DNA of 64,000 nt from Escherichia coli (GCF_003018235.1 NZ_CP027437.1), one strand, 5' to 3'. Positions 43,716 through 58,120 are shown, counted from the first letter of the stretch. Numbers and translations: made by a program. Notes: a model not told the origin generated them from the sequence alone.

Positions 43716-46700
43716 TTAACCGCTAATCTGCTCCATCGCCTGCAAAATACGCTTATCTGAAATCGGATAAGGCGTACCAAGTTGTTGAGCGAAGTAACTA
43801 ACGCGCAGCTCTTCTATCATCCAGCGGATCTCTTTCACGTCTTCATCCTCACGACGTGCGGGCGGCAGTTTGTTGATCCATTGCTGCCACGCCTGCTGGA
43901 CGTTTTCGACTTTCAGCATCTGAGCACGGTCACGATGCGGATCAACCGCCAGTTTTTCCAGTCGTTTTTCAATCGCCTGCAAATAACGCAGCGTGTCGCC
44001 CAGCCGTTTAAAACCGTTGCCAGTGACAAAACCGCGATACACCAACCCGCCCATCTGCGCTTTGATGTCAGAAAGCCCCAGCGCCATAGTCATATCCACC
44101 CGCCCTTTCAGGCGTTTGTTGATATTGAAGACTGCAGTAAGGATTTGCTCGACCTGCTTCGCAATATCCACCACCGTGTCGTTCAGTTCAGCGCGGACTT
44201 TTTCATGCAGCGCAGCAAAGCCTTCTTCCGTCCAGACCGGGCCACCATTGGCGTCGATCAGTTGATCCACACCGCAGGAGATACAGTCGTCGATCAGCTC
44301 CAGCACTTTGCCATACGGGTTAAAGTACAGCCCCAGCTTGGCTTTGTTTGGCAACTTCTCATGCAAATATTTGATTGGCGAGGGAATATTCAGCAGCAGT
44401 AGACGGCGAAGACCGTTCCACATTGCCTGCTTTTGTTCCAGCGGATTATCAAACAGTTTGATCGCCACGCTGTCGCGTTCATCCACTAGCGCTGGCCACG
44501 CCTTCACTTTATAGTTGCCACGCTTCTGTTCGTAGCTTTCCGGCAGCTGACCAAAACTCCAGATATGTAAGCCGCTCTGCTCGATACCGTCATCCGCCAC
44601 CGCAGACAGCGTTTCCTGCACTTTGCCTTTCAGCGCATCTTTCAGATCTTGTAGAGAGCGCCCTTCTTTTAGCTTCTTGTTTTTGTCATCCACCACGCGG
44701 AAGGTGATTTTCAGGTGATCAGGCACCTGATCCCAGTGCCAGTCTTCGCGGTCAACGGTAACGCCGGTCATCCGCCGTAACTCGCGCTCAAGGCTGTCGA
44801 GCAACGGTAACTCCAGCGGTGTGACGCGGCCTAAAAACGCTTCGGCGTAGTTTGGCGCGGGCACAAAATTACGGCGTACCGGTTTCGGCAACGATTTAAT
44901 CAATGCGATGATCAGTTCACGACGCAGGCCGGGGATTTGCCATTCAAACCCGCTCTCTTCTACCTGATTAAGCAGCGGCAGCGGAATATGCACGGTCACA
45001 CCGTCCGCGTCCGCGCCTGGCTCAAACTGATAGCTCAAACGCAGCTTGAGATTGCCCTGATGCCAGAAGTTCGGATAATCCAGCTTGCTGATTTTTTCCG
45101 CCCCTTCTTTGATCAACATGCTCTTTTCAAAGTTGAGCAAATCAGGCGTTTCGCGGCTGACTTTTTTCCACCAGCTGTCGAAGTGACGTGCGGAGATTAC
45201 ATCGTGGCTGATGCGCTGGTCGTAGAACTCAAACAACGTTTCGTCATCAACCAGAATATCGCGGCGACGTGATTTGTGTTCCAGCTCTTCCACTTCGGCC
45301 CGCAGTTTCAGGTTTTCACGGAAGAATGCGTGACGCGTCTGCCAGTCACCTTCCACCAGCGCGTGGCGAATAAAGAGTTCACGACATAACGCCGGATCGA
45401 TCTGGCTGTAGTTGACCTTACGCGCAGCAACAATCGGCAAACCATAAACAGTGACTTTTTCCGTTGCCATCACCGCGCCCTGCGCCCGTTCCCAGTGCGG
45501 TTCGCTGTAGGTGCATTTAATCAAATGCTGAGCAACGGGTTCTACCCATTCAGGGTCGATACGTGCCGCAATGCGCCCCCACAGGCGGCTGGTTTCTACC
45601 AGTTCCGCCACCATTACCCATTTCGGCGGCTTTTTAAATAAGCCGGAACCGGGGAAAATGGAGAAACGCGCGTTACGTGCGCCGGTATATTCTTGTTTAT
45701 CGGCATCTTTCATGCCGATATGGGAAAGCAAACCGGTCAGTAAGGCGATGTGAATTTCGCGATACTCCGCCGGTTCGCTGTTAACCGGAATGCCAAGTTC
45801 TTTCACCACCTGGCGCAACTGGGTGTAGATATCCTGCCATTCGCGCACGCGCAGATAGTTGAGATAATCGGTACGACACAGGCGACGGAAGGCGTTGGAA
45901 GAAAGCGCCTTTTGCTGCTCGCCAAGATAATTCCACAGATTTACAAACGCGAGGAAGTCGGATTCTTTGTCGTGGAAGCGGCGATGTTTTTCGTCCGATG
46001 CCTGCTGTTTATCCATCGGACGCTCGCGCGGATCCTGAATGGAGAGCGCGGACGTGATAATCATCGCCTCACGCACGCAGCCATGTTTTTGCGCTTCCAG
46101 CACCATACGCGCCAGACGAGGATCGACAGGCAATTGCGAAAGCTGGCGACCGAGCGGTGTCAGTTTATAGGCGCTGGCCTGTTCATCCGTGGTGATCGCG
46201 CCCAGCTCTTCGAGCAGACGCACGCCATCCTGGATATTACGTTTATCCGGTGCTTCGACAAATGGGAACGCGGCGATATCGCCCAACCCCAGCGCGGTCA
46301 TCTGTAAAATAACCGAGGCCAGGTTGGTACGCAGAATCTCCGGATCGGTAAACTCCGGGCGCGAGAGGAAATCGTCTTCGGAATAGAGACGAATACAGAT
46401 CCCTTCGGACACACGACCACAGCGGCCTTTACGCTGGTTGGCAGACGCCTGCGAAATGGGCTCAATCGGCAAACGCTGCACTTTGGTGCGATAGCTGTAG
46501 CGGCTGATACGCGCCGTACCTGGGTCGATAACGTATTTAATCCCCGGAACGGTCAGCGACGTTTCCGCGACGTTGGTCGCCAGCACAATGCGCCGTCCAC
46601 TGTGCGACTGGAACACGCGGTTCTGTTCGCTGTTCGAAAGCCGCGCATAAAGCGGCAAGATTTCGGTATGGCGTAAGTTCAGCTTGTTCAGCGCATCGGC

Positions 46701-47618
46701 GGTATCGCGAATTTCCCGCTCACCGCTCATAAAGATCAGAATGTCGCCGGGACTTTCCTGACTCAGTTCGTCTACGGCGTCAAAAATCGCCTGCAACTGA
46801 TCGCGCTCGGTGTCATCGGCTTCTTCAACAATCGGGCGATAGCGCACTTCCACCGGATAGGTCCGACCGGAGACTTCGATAATCGGCGCATTATTAAAGT
46901 GGCGCGAAAAGCGTTCCGGGTCGATAGTCGCGGAAGTGATAATGATTTTTAGGTCAGGACGTCGCGGCAGCAACTCTTTCAAATAGCCGAGCAGAAAATC
47001 GATATTCAGGCTACGTTCGTGCGCTTCGTCAATAATGATAGTGTCGTACTGCATCAGCAGGCGGTCTTGCTGGATCTCCGCCAGCAGGATACCGTCGGTC
47101 ATCAGCTTGACCATCGTGTTATCACTTACGTGATCGCTGAAACGCACTTTGTAACCGATGCAACCGCCCGGCTCCGTTTTCAGCTCTTCCGCAATACGGT
47201 TCGCCACCGTTCGTGCCGCCAGGCGACGCGGTTGGGTATGACCGATCAGCCCTTTAATCCCGCGCCCCAGCTCCATACAGATTTTCGGTAGCTGAGTCGT
47301 TTTACCGGAACCGGTTTCCCCGGCGACGATCACCACCTGGTGATCACGAATCGCTTCGAGAATGTCCTGCTTTTTCTGACTAACCGGTAAATTGTCAGGA
47401 TAAGTAATTTCCGGACGTGCCGCTTCACGCAGCAGGACTTTCCCTGCCGCCTGGTCAATCTCTTTCGCCATCTCCTGGAAAATGGCCTGTTGTGCATCAG
47501 GATTTTTAACCTTCTTCACACCGTGAAGACGGCGTAAAAAACGCTGTCTGTCGCGCAGCATCAGCGAATCCAGCCGCTGCTGCAAGGCCGTAAAGGTCAA
47601 TTTTTGTTGTTCTGTCAT
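43716..47618 (-). CDS. hrpA: ATP-dependent DEAH-box RNA helicase HrpA
   Basis: 1300-aa ORF with GETGSGKTTQLP Walker A and DEAH (IIIDEAHERS) motifs. Confidence 0.95.
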   Translation of the reverse strand: MTEQQKLTFTALQQRLDSLMLRDRQRFLRRLHGVKKVKNPDAQQAIFQEMAKEIDQAAGKVLLREAARPEITYPDNLPVSQKKQDILEAIRDHQVVIVAGETGSGKTTQLPKICMELGRGIKGLIGHTQPRRLAARTVANRIAEELKTEPGGCIGYKVRFSDHVSDNTMVKLMTDGILLAEIQQDRLLMQYDTIIIDEAHERSLNIDFLLGYLKELLPRRPDLKIIITSATIDPERFSRHFNNAPIIEVSGRTYPVEVRYRPIVEEADDTERDQLQAIFDAVDELSQESPGDILIFMSGEREIRDTADALNKLNLRHTEILPLYARLSNSEQNRVFQSHSGRRIVLATNVAETSLTVPGIKYVIDPGTARISRYSYRTKVQRLPIEPISQASANQRKGRCGRVSEGICIRLYSEDDFLSRPEFTDPEILRTNLASVILQMTALGLGDIAAFPFVEAPDKRNIQDGVRLLEELGAITTDEQASAYKLTPLGRQLSQLPVDPRLARMVLEAQKHGCVREAMIITSALSIQDPRERPMDKQQASDEKHRRFHDKESDFLAFVNLWNYLGEQQKALSSNAFRRLCRTDYLNYLRVREWQDIYTQLRQVVKELGIPVNSEPAEYREIHIALLTGLLSHIGMKDADKQEYTGARNARFSIFPGSGLFKKPPKWVMVAELVETSRLWGRIAARIDPEWVEPVAQHLIKCTYSEPHWERAQGAVMATEKVTVYGLPIVAARKVNYSQIDPALCRELFIRHALVEGDWQTRHAFFRENLKLRAEVEELEHKSRRRDILVDDETLFEFYDQRISHDVISARHFDSWWKKVSRETPDLLNFEKSMLIKEGAEKISKLDYPNFWHQGNLKLRLSYQFEPGADADGVTVHIPLPLLNQVEESGFEWQIPGLRRELIIALIKSLPKPVRRNFVPAPNYAEAFLGRVTPLELPLLDSLERELRRMTGVTVDREDWHWDQVPDHLKITFRVVDDKNKKLKEGRSLQDLKDALKGKVQETLSAVADDGIEQSGLHIWSFGQLPESYEQKRGNYKVKAWPALVDERDSVAIKLFDNPLEQKQAMWNGLRRLLLLNIPSPIKYLHEKLPNKAKLGLYFNPYGKVLELIDDCISCGVDQLIDANGGPVWTEEGFAALHEKVRAELNDTVVDIAKQVEQILTAVFNINKRLKGRVDMTMALGLSDIKAQMGGLVYRGFVTGNGFKRLGDTLRYLQAIEKRLEKLAVDPHRDRAQMLKVENVQQAWQQWINKLPPARREDEDVKEIRWMIEELRVSYFAQQLGTPYPISDKRILQAMEQISG

Positions 47619-47809
47619 AACGTTAGTGGGCAGTAGTCTGCCTGATTAATTTTCTTTTAAATGATAGATATAGAGTACCACATCGCGGCTTTCTATGCGT
47701 TGTTCAATAAATTCGAACATAGGCTTCGATTTATTGCGCTATCTCTGTGGCAGGATTGTGAATAAAGTGTCAACAAGCAACGGGGCATCGCCCATTCAAA
47801 CATCTATAA

Positions 47810-48424
<615 letters not shown>

Positions 48425-48438
48425 CCGGACACGATCTT

Positions 48439-48468
48439 GATGTGGACTGTAGATATTCAGTCCACATC
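48439..48468. terminator. bidirectional terminator between azoR and ynbD
   Basis: GATGTGGACTG-TAGATATT-CAGTCCACATC. Confidence 0.6.
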
Positions 48469-48477
48469 TCAATCCGC

Positions 48478-51484
<3,007 letters not shown>

Positions 51485-51556
51485 CGCTGTATTATCACTG
51501 GTGGTAAAAAAATGTTCCCCAGGGATGCGTGAATTTTACATTTTCTCTATTTTCCT

Positions 51557-52453
51557 TCAGTAACAGCAGTAGCGAATAAAATAAAAAAATACCGGAGCGG
51601 TGAAAATTAATGAGTCAATCCTGTCAAGGAGTCCGCCATGTCCTGGTAATAGTTTTCCACTATCTTTAACACCAATATCTCGTTTGATGGCTGACATCAC
51701 TACATCGCCGCAAAAACCACTAATACCAATTAACAAACCCGCTAATAATGCCTGTAATGTATCTAGCGGTGTCAGCAACGGTCCAATAATCAGTGACGCA
51801 ATCATGGTGGTGATTACGCCGCCCATCAGACCTTCCAATGTTTTTCCCGGGCTGACTTTAGGGACCACTTTTCTTCTGCCGCAGGATTTTCCCCATAAAT
51901 ACTGTGCAATATCGTTTGACTCGGTTAATGCCAAAAGAAATAACACCAGTAACGCCCCGCCCTGGATATTTGTGGTTGGCAACATTAATAACCAGGCGGC
52001 ATGACTCAAGGCGAAAACGGTCATTATCCAGCCACAAAAAATGGCGCTCACGGTATGCAGAAAACCGGAGGGGTCACCCACTAAAACTCGCCAGGTGGCT
52101 AATATCAGAAACCCAGCCAAAGGTATAAATAACAGAAACAGCTCAAAGCAATTAAAACCGATAAGCAAATAGTTAAGAGGAATACCCCAATATAACCAAC
52201 GCGGAAAATGTACAGATATAAGCGTACAATATTCTTTCAATGCCAGAAAACTTATCAGCGCAAAAAACGTCAACGTCATCCAGCGTGGACCTGAAATCAC
52301 CATTGAAAAACAAATGACGATGCCCCACCAAGTACGAATACGTAATGTAACTTCATCCCCTTTTCTCTCCGGTAACCGCCATACCAGAAAACGGTTTATC
52401 AGCGTTGCTAAAATTAACAACGCGAAAAGTGTTGCCAGAGATTTTTCCAGCAT
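51557..52453 (-). CDS. ynbB: CDP-diglyceride synthetase-like membrane protein YnbB
   Basis: 298-aa multi-TM ORF resembling CdsA. Confidence 0.8.
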   Translation of the reverse strand: MLEKSLATLFALLILATLINRFLVWRLPERKGDEVTLRIRTWWGIVICFSMVISGPRWMTLTFFALISFLALKEYCTLISVHFPRWLYWGIPLNYLLIGFNCFELFLLFIPLAGFLILATWRVLVGDPSGFLHTVSAIFCGWIMTVFALSHAAWLLMLPTTNIQGGALLVLFLLALTESNDIAQYLWGKSCGRRKVVPKVSPGKTLEGLMGGVITTMIASLIIGPLLTPLDTLQALLAGLLIGISGFCGDVVMSAIKRDIGVKDSGKLLPGHGGLLDRIDSLIFTAPVFFYFIRYCCY

Positions 52454-53064
52454 TATCTTTCAGCGCTCATAAGAAGCACACTCCGACAACGATTAATCGC
52501 AGTCCAGAGAAGCAGAATTGAAGCAATGCTCCATAAAAGATTATTCCATTGCATCCATTGTGGATAAATGGCAATGGCCAGCCCCCACAAACCAAATATT
52601 AACGCGCGATCGCTTTTGCCAAATGGACCGACATAACTACGAATACCGTTAATCGTCTGCGCGAGTAAACCGCAAAACTCGGTCAATATGGTGCAAAATA
52701 ACATGAGTATCACGAGTGATGCATTACTTTCAGGTAAAAATAAAAACGGTAAATAGAGCGCAATATCGGAAATAACATCGCCAGTCTCATTCAAAATCGC
52801 CCCAAGACGTGTTTGCTGATTGCACTCACGCGCCAACATGCCATCCAGCGCATTGAGTGCCATACGAATAAAAAGCACGATGGGCAATAGCAGAAACATG
52901 CCAGGATATGGCACCAACGCCAACAACAAACCGGTGAGAAGAGAAAGTGCCAAAGCGGCAAGTGTGATCTGATTTGCAGACACTTGCAGCTTATGAAGCC
53001 AAAACATCGTCGGCCTTAACAGCGACTGAAAGAGCAGTTTTATCTGGTAGAGCGTCATTATCAA
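52453..53064 (-). CDS. ynbA: CDP-alcohol phosphatidyltransferase-family membrane protein YnbA
   Basis: 203-aa ORF with NALDGMLAR...G...D motif region; start overlaps ynbB. Confidence 0.8.
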   Translation of the reverse strand: MIMTLYQIKLLFQSLLRPTMFWLHKLQVSANQITLAALALSLLTGLLLALVPYPGMFLLLPIVLFIRMALNALDGMLARECNQQTRLGAILNETGDVISDIALYLPFLFLPESNASLVILMLFCTILTEFCGLLAQTINGIRSYVGPFGKSDRALIFGLWGLAIAIYPQWMQWNNLLWSIASILLLWTAINRCRSVLLMSAER

Positions 53065-53228
53065 TCCTTGATAATTCTGTTTGCGCTATGGTGCATCAAT
53101 TCCCCTGACGGAGATATCGCAACACGCCGCTTCATTAAAAATTCAGAATATATCAAGGTATTGGGGACTCACCGTCAGGAATGATTATCCCCAATAAATC
53201 AAGTGGTTAAAAATTATTACGCTGTTAT

Positions 53229-55541
53229 TCAATACAACTCATCAAGTTTTCTCATCGCTTGTTCCCGTATTGCGCGCGTCTTACCGTTAAGCGCCAGCTG
53301 GCGGACTAAATCCAGTTCAGGGTTAACAAGCTCTAACGCCAGCAAAGGATCACGTTTCAGCCTCGCCTTTAATACATCAACTGGAAAACGGGGATTATTC
53401 ATCGCCACAATCCACCACTCGGGATCAATTTCTGCCGCCAGTACTGCAGGCGGTGTGTGGCGGTTATTAAGTGCGCCGAACTTGAAAAATGTGAGATTGC
53501 TTTTCGCCAGCGTACTCCACCATATACGATCCGGTTGTTTTGCCAGTACATCCAGTTGTGCTAACGCATCGGGGTCTAGTGCATAATAAACACGTAACGC
53601 TTCGTTAACCTGCGCACGAGAGCTGTTTTCCTGCCTCAGAAAAAACTTCGCCCAAATATCATTGCGTGGCATATTTTGCTGTAATTCCTTGAGGACAACA
53701 GCGGGTAAATTATCCCAACTAACTAATGCACTCTCTAAAAAGTCCCAGCCTTCCGAACGTATCAGAGAGGTGGCATTTAATAGCATCTGGTCATCAACTT
53801 CACCGTGGCTAATCAGCTCAGACAAAATCATATCAGCGCTGGTTTCATATGCTGCAGAATCTGCTTTCGGATTATTTTTTCGATGCGATAAAGCGCGATG
53901 CCAAATTTTTTGTTTCATCGCCGTACTCAGATACTGATTTTTCGCCAGATTACTCCACCCCGCAGGATCGTTGAAACGTGTCAATAACCGTTGTAAAGCA
54001 GCGTCAGAGTGCATTACCTGCATATCCCCACAGCAAAAATAGGCAGGAAATTTTTTCTCCATCTTTTTAACAAAATTAAACTGTAAGTTATCTGGCAATG
54101 CTAAAAATAACACACGTATTAGATCATCGTCATTCTCGAATTTTTGGTGTAAATATACTGCTATTTTGTCACTCTCTTGTGGCGTCATCCGCAACAATTG
54201 ACCATGGTGTTTCATCTCTGCCAGCTTTGACGCTAAGCTTGTGACAACATCGTTTGATGAATCGTTCGCCAACTGCATTGCCTGATTGTAGCTGAGTTGT
54301 CCTCCAGCACCGACCTGACGAATAGAGGAATCATCACTGCGGATATAGCCATCAATAATGGATTCGGGCAATAACCACGCATCTTTATAAAGCTCCTGAA
54401 TGATCATATCCCAATCTCTTTTCGCCAGAGTCATGACGATATCCAGAGGGAGATTTTCACGTAGCGCAAGATTCAACGGACCGACACCATCAGGTAGATG
54501 ACTCATTCGCGTCATTATTTCGACAGAGAGCGGTTCACGGTCGAGCAACCCCAGAACAACAGGCTGGTAACCCAATTGCTGATCGGTCAACTCCAGAATC
54601 TCATTGTCAGGCATATATCTCGCCATACTTTCAATCGTTTGTTCATCATTGCTATTAATAAGTTGTTTGCGTAGGTTAGCTGAAATTCCTTTAAGCCTTG
54701 GGAGAGTTCGCATTATGGCAAGATCAAATGTCGCAATGTCTCGCCCTTCAAATGCAGCAACTTTGCCTTCATCCAGCATTTGCAATTCCTGCACTAATTC
54801 AGGTGAAGGCTTAGGGCGAAACAGCGCTTCTTTTTTCATCTGATTACAGACATTCCCTGCTATGCGAATATTGCTTCGCTTAAAAATTTCTTTCAGAGCA
54901 TCTTCATCATTTATTAGGCCCCAATAATATGCATCAGGATTTATTATCGTCAGCGCTTTTTTGACATTTTCAGTGTCATTTTTGTCTCCCGCACGGACCA
55001 TGAATTCACTATTTGTCGAAGACACAACAACAGGTGCAATTATGTCATTGATAAATATCCCGCGCGCATTAATACTTCCCTTAATCGTAGACGGATTATC
55101 GTAATATGAGTCGATAAATACCAGTCCACTTGCATTTATCGAACCGGTAATTAACAGTGGTGAATCCGTAACTATATTCGTTGCCGTCACGTTACCGAGA
55201 ATAACCCATGGATTAGAAAGAGAGAAAGTGGAAATATTACCTTTGACTGTCAAATTGCCAAGAACAATCAATTTTTGATTACTCTCTATATTACCTTCTA
55301 CCACTAAATCGCCACGATGCACTTTCCAGTCCGATGCAGATAAACCGAAGGGGACAAGATTCACGCTACTGTTGATAGCTTGTTCAACTTGTTGTTTATC
55401 TTCAGCGGTAGCCGCAGAAAAAAATGGTTCAATATCAACTGCATTTGCAACACATCGAAGTTCCGCCTGTACTGGAAGACTCAGCATAAACAGGGGAAGT
55501 AAACCTATCCAGCTGCAAATCCTGGGCTTAAACATATGCAC
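53229..55541 (-). CDS. ydbD: YdbD, large secreted protein of unknown function
   Basis: 770-aa ORF with signal peptide MHMFKPRICSWIGLLPLFMLSLPVQA. Confidence 0.8.
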   Translation of the reverse strand: MHMFKPRICSWIGLLPLFMLSLPVQAELRCVANAVDIEPFFSAATAEDKQQVEQAINSSVNLVPFGLSASDWKVHRGDLVVEGNIESNQKLIVLGNLTVKGNISTFSLSNPWVILGNVTATNIVTDSPLLITGSINASGLVFIDSYYDNPSTIKGSINARGIFINDIIAPVVVSSTNSEFMVRAGDKNDTENVKKALTIINPDAYYWGLINDEDALKEIFKRSNIRIAGNVCNQMKKEALFRPKPSPELVQELQMLDEGKVAAFEGRDIATFDLAIMRTLPRLKGISANLRKQLINSNDEQTIESMARYMPDNEILELTDQQLGYQPVVLGLLDREPLSVEIMTRMSHLPDGVGPLNLALRENLPLDIVMTLAKRDWDMIIQELYKDAWLLPESIIDGYIRSDDSSIRQVGAGGQLSYNQAMQLANDSSNDVVTSLASKLAEMKHHGQLLRMTPQESDKIAVYLHQKFENDDDLIRVLFLALPDNLQFNFVKKMEKKFPAYFCCGDMQVMHSDAALQRLLTRFNDPAGWSNLAKNQYLSTAMKQKIWHRALSHRKNNPKADSAAYETSADMILSELISHGEVDDQMLLNATSLIRSEGWDFLESALVSWDNLPAVVLKELQQNMPRNDIWAKFFLRQENSSRAQVNEALRVYYALDPDALAQLDVLAKQPDRIWWSTLAKSNLTFFKFGALNNRHTPPAVLAAEIDPEWWIVAMNNPRFPVDVLKARLKRDPLLALELVNPELDLVRQLALNGKTRAIREQAMRKLDELY

Positions 55542-55598
55542 TCCATGCCATTAAAAAAGAAACAAAAGGGAAATGCATCTTTCCCTTTTGTATATTCG

Positions 55599-56459
55599 TT
55601 ATTCTCGCGAAATACCATCCAACGTAGACAACACTTCCTCAGAAAGATGCAATTTTTCAGCAGCCATATTCTCCCGTAAATGCGCAACAGAAGATGTCCC
55701 TGGAATCAGCAAAATATTCGGTGAACGTTGTAACAGCCACGCCAGCGCCACCTGCATTGGTGTTGCGCCCAGGCTCGTAGCAACATCGGAAAGTGTGGAC
55801 GATTGCAGCGGCGTAAAGCCCCCGAGCGGGAAGAAGGGCACGTAGGCAATGCCATCGCGGGCCAAATCATCAATCATTGCGTCATCAGCACGATGAGCAA
55901 TGTTGTATTCGTTCTGCACACAGACGATTTCGGTAATCTTACGCGCCTCTGCAACCTGCGTCGGTGTGACGTTGCTCAGGCCAATATGTTTTACCAGGCC
56001 TTGTTGTTTCATCTCTGCCAGCACGGTCAGGCTGGCTTCTATCGATCCTTCCGCTGGGCCATGACCATCCCCCATCATGACGCGCAGGTTAACCACATCC
56101 AGTACGTCCAGGCCGAGATTACGTAGATTATCGTGCACCGCTTTTTGCAACTCTGCCGGAGAAAAGGCGGGCAACCAGGAAGCGTCCTCTCCACGCCGCG
56201 CACCAATTTTAGTGACAATTGTCAGGTCGTCAGAGTAAGGATAAAGCGCTTCGCGGATAATCTGATTGGTGACGTGCGGACCATAAAAGTCGCTGGTATC
56301 AATGTGATTGACGCCCAATGCCAGCGCCTCGCGCAGTACAGTTATAGCGACGTGGCGATCTCTTGGGGGGCCAAAAACCCCAGGACCTGCCAGTTGCATC
56401 GCGCCATAACCAAGACGGTTAACGGATTTTGTACCGAGAGTAAATGTATTGCTGCTCAT
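55599..56459 (-). CDS. ydbC: aldo-keto reductase YdbC
   Basis: 286-aa ORF MSSNTFTLGTKSVNRLGYGAMQLAGPGVFG... Confidence 0.85.
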   Translation of the reverse strand: MSSNTFTLGTKSVNRLGYGAMQLAGPGVFGPPRDRHVAITVLREALALGVNHIDTSDFYGPHVTNQIIREALYPYSDDLTIVTKIGARRGEDASWLPAFSPAELQKAVHDNLRNLGLDVLDVVNLRVMMGDGHGPAEGSIEASLTVLAEMKQQGLVKHIGLSNVTPTQVAEARKITEIVCVQNEYNIAHRADDAMIDDLARDGIAYVPFFPLGGFTPLQSSTLSDVATSLGATPMQVALAWLLQRSPNILLIPGTSSVAHLRENMAAEKLHLSEEVLSTLDGISRE

Positions 56460-56619
56460 CGCACCCTGCCCTGTAATAAAACGGATTGAGAAAAATCAGT
56501 ATAGAAACGAAAAGAGATAAATAATGCGAAGGCGTAAACAAGATTACTGGATGAGTTGCTCTATTGTCCTGAAAGACACCAAAACAAAACGCGTAAAGCG
56601 CCGCATTCGGCAATAAAAA

Positions 56620-56647
56620 AACCGCAACCTGTATCAGCGTTGCGGTT
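56620..56647. terminator. rho-independent terminator downstream of paaY
   Basis: AAAAAAA-AACCGCAAC-N10-GTTGCGGTT. Confidence 0.55.
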
Positions 56648-56690
56648 TAGGTATCACATGCTAAAAATTAGAACGTCCAGCATCAGGACG

Positions 56691-57281
56691 TTACTGTTTC
56701 GGTCGCAGATTCTCATCAAATACCAGGCGCTGCCTGCCAGGTTCAACTTCCCGCAATGGCTCGACTTGATGTAACGTCTGCTTACAGCGTGTCACCAGCA
56801 CCTGGTACTCATGCGTACCCTGCTTTTTCCATGCCAACTCCTGCTCACTGAGTTCACGAATCGCTTTCGCCGGGCTGCCGACAATCAGGTAATTAGCTGG
56901 CATTTCTGCTTTGGCTTTCACAAATGCGGAAGCGCCAACAATGCTGTTCTCGCCAATCACCGCACCGTCTATCACTACCGCGTTCATTCCCACTAATGCA
57001 TTGCGGCGGATAATGCAGCCGTGAAGGATAGCGCTATGACCAATATGTCCATCTTCTTCCACGACAGTATCCTGCTCGGGAAAACCGTGCATAACGCAAT
57101 TATCCTGAATGTTCGCGCCATCTTTCACCATGATACGACCAAAATCGCCACGCAGGCTGGCATTTGGCCCAACGTAAACGCCCTTGCCGAGAATAACATC
57201 GCCGATCAATACCGCTGTCGGATGGACAAAACTCTCTTCTGGCACAACCGGAGTCAGACCGTCTATCTGATAAATTGGCAT
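56691..57281 (-). CDS. paaY: hexapeptide-repeat thioesterase PaaY
   Basis: 196-aa [32 protein letters not shown]... with AGGAGG Shine-Dalgarno. Confidence 0.85.
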   Translation of the reverse strand: MPIYQIDGLTPVVPEESFVHPTAVLIGDVILGKGVYVGPNASLRGDFGRIMVKDGANIQDNCVMHGFPEQDTVVEEDGHIGHSAILHGCIIRRNALVGMNAVVIDGAVIGENSIVGASAFVKAKAEMPANYLIVGSPAKAIRELSEQELAWKKQGTHEYQVLVTRCKQTLHQVEPLREVEPGRQRLVFDENLRPKQ

Positions 57282-57400
57282 AACGCCTCCTGTTCAATAT
57301 TCAAGCCGCCAAAACGTTGAAAATACAGGCTTCCCAGCGCAGGCAATTCACCGACCGAGGTTTCACCTTTTTCACTAACGAACGCTAAAGCAGCAGGCGC
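57263..57400 (-). pseudogene. paaX: probable 3' remnant of paaX (upper boundary approximate)
   Basis: Minus-strand frame ending 19 nt inside the paaY start (...[23 protein letters not shown]), i.e. the position a paaX 3' end would occupy; no room upstream for a full-length gene. Identity not verified. Confidence 0.35.
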
Positions 57401-57622
57401 TACGCGCTGATAAAGTTTGCCGATAAAGGTTTGGTAGTCGCGCAATATATTCGTAACCGTCGTCTCGATTTTTGTGCAGATGCGATTCGCCATGCCGCAG
57501 ATGATGAAAAACTGGCAGGCATTGGCTTTCATTGGGGATTTTCCGACCAGAGTCATTTTTCAACGGTATTTAAGCAACGCTTTGGGATGACGCCAGGTGA
57601 GTATCGTCGTAAATTCCGCTAA
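57389..57622 (+). pseudogene. feaR: 3' remnant of an AraC-family regulator gene, probably feaR
   Basis: Plus-strand frame without an in-frame ATG encodes an AraC-type C-terminal HTH ...GFSDQSHFSTVFKQRFGMTPGEYRRKFR*; adjacent to ydbL, where feaR lies in K-12. Confidence 0.45.
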
Positions 57623-57660
57623 CTAATTAGCGTTGCATGTACAGCAACGCTAATTAGTTA
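57620..57660. terminator. 41-bp near-perfect palindrome (likely bidirectional terminator)
   Basis: TAACTAATTAGCGTTGC-ATGTACA-GCAACGCTAATTAGTTA immediately after the feaR-like stop. Confidence 0.6.
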
Positions 57661-57793
57661 AAACAGATATTTGACTATGCATTTTTCAGGGCGAAAGGCA
57701 ATTTGACAGGAATTTTTGAATATTCACCTTGTTTCCGGAAAATAGAATAATCGCCTTCTCCTGTAGCGTTATCCCGATATTGCGGTTTTGCTA

Positions 57794-58120
57794 TTAAAAT
57801 TTTCGCACCCATTTACCGTTTATCCCTTGTACATATTCCCCCGGTTTAGCCCGAGCTACGAGCTTTTGCCCGGCGAGTTTCGCGATATCATCTACCGACA
57901 CATTATTTTGCTTTGCCAGTTGTTGGTAACTCGCTTTACGTTCGGCATTAATGTCGTTTACTAATTTCTCTGTTTCAGCATCTGTTTTCAGCGCAACCAG
58001 ATAACCATAAAATGTTTCCCCTACCCGCCCCTGAGTTCTGGCTTCATCCAGAGTCAATGCCATTACATTGCTGCTTACAAGCCCAACAAGAAACGCACAA
58101 AGAAGTACTGTTTTCTTCAT
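57794..58120 (-). CDS. ydbL: YdbL (DUF1318) periplasmic protein
   Basis: 108 aa from ATG at 58120 (MKKTVLLCAFLVGLVSSNVMA...). Confidence 0.85.
   Translation of the reverse strand: MKKTVLLCAFLVGLVSSNVMALTLDEARTQGRVGETFYGYLVALKTDAETEKLVNDINAERKASYQQLAKQNNVSVDDIAKLAGQKLVARAKPGEYVQGINGKWVRKF

Noticed and set aside
43782-46307. Several 185-206-aa plus-strand ORFs
   Set aside because: All antisense within hrpA; shadow ORFs.
57263-57556. 97-aa minus-strand ORF taken at full length
   Set aside because: Its upstream two-thirds is antisense to the AraC/feaR-like remnant; only the 3' portion near paaY is plausibly paaX-derived.
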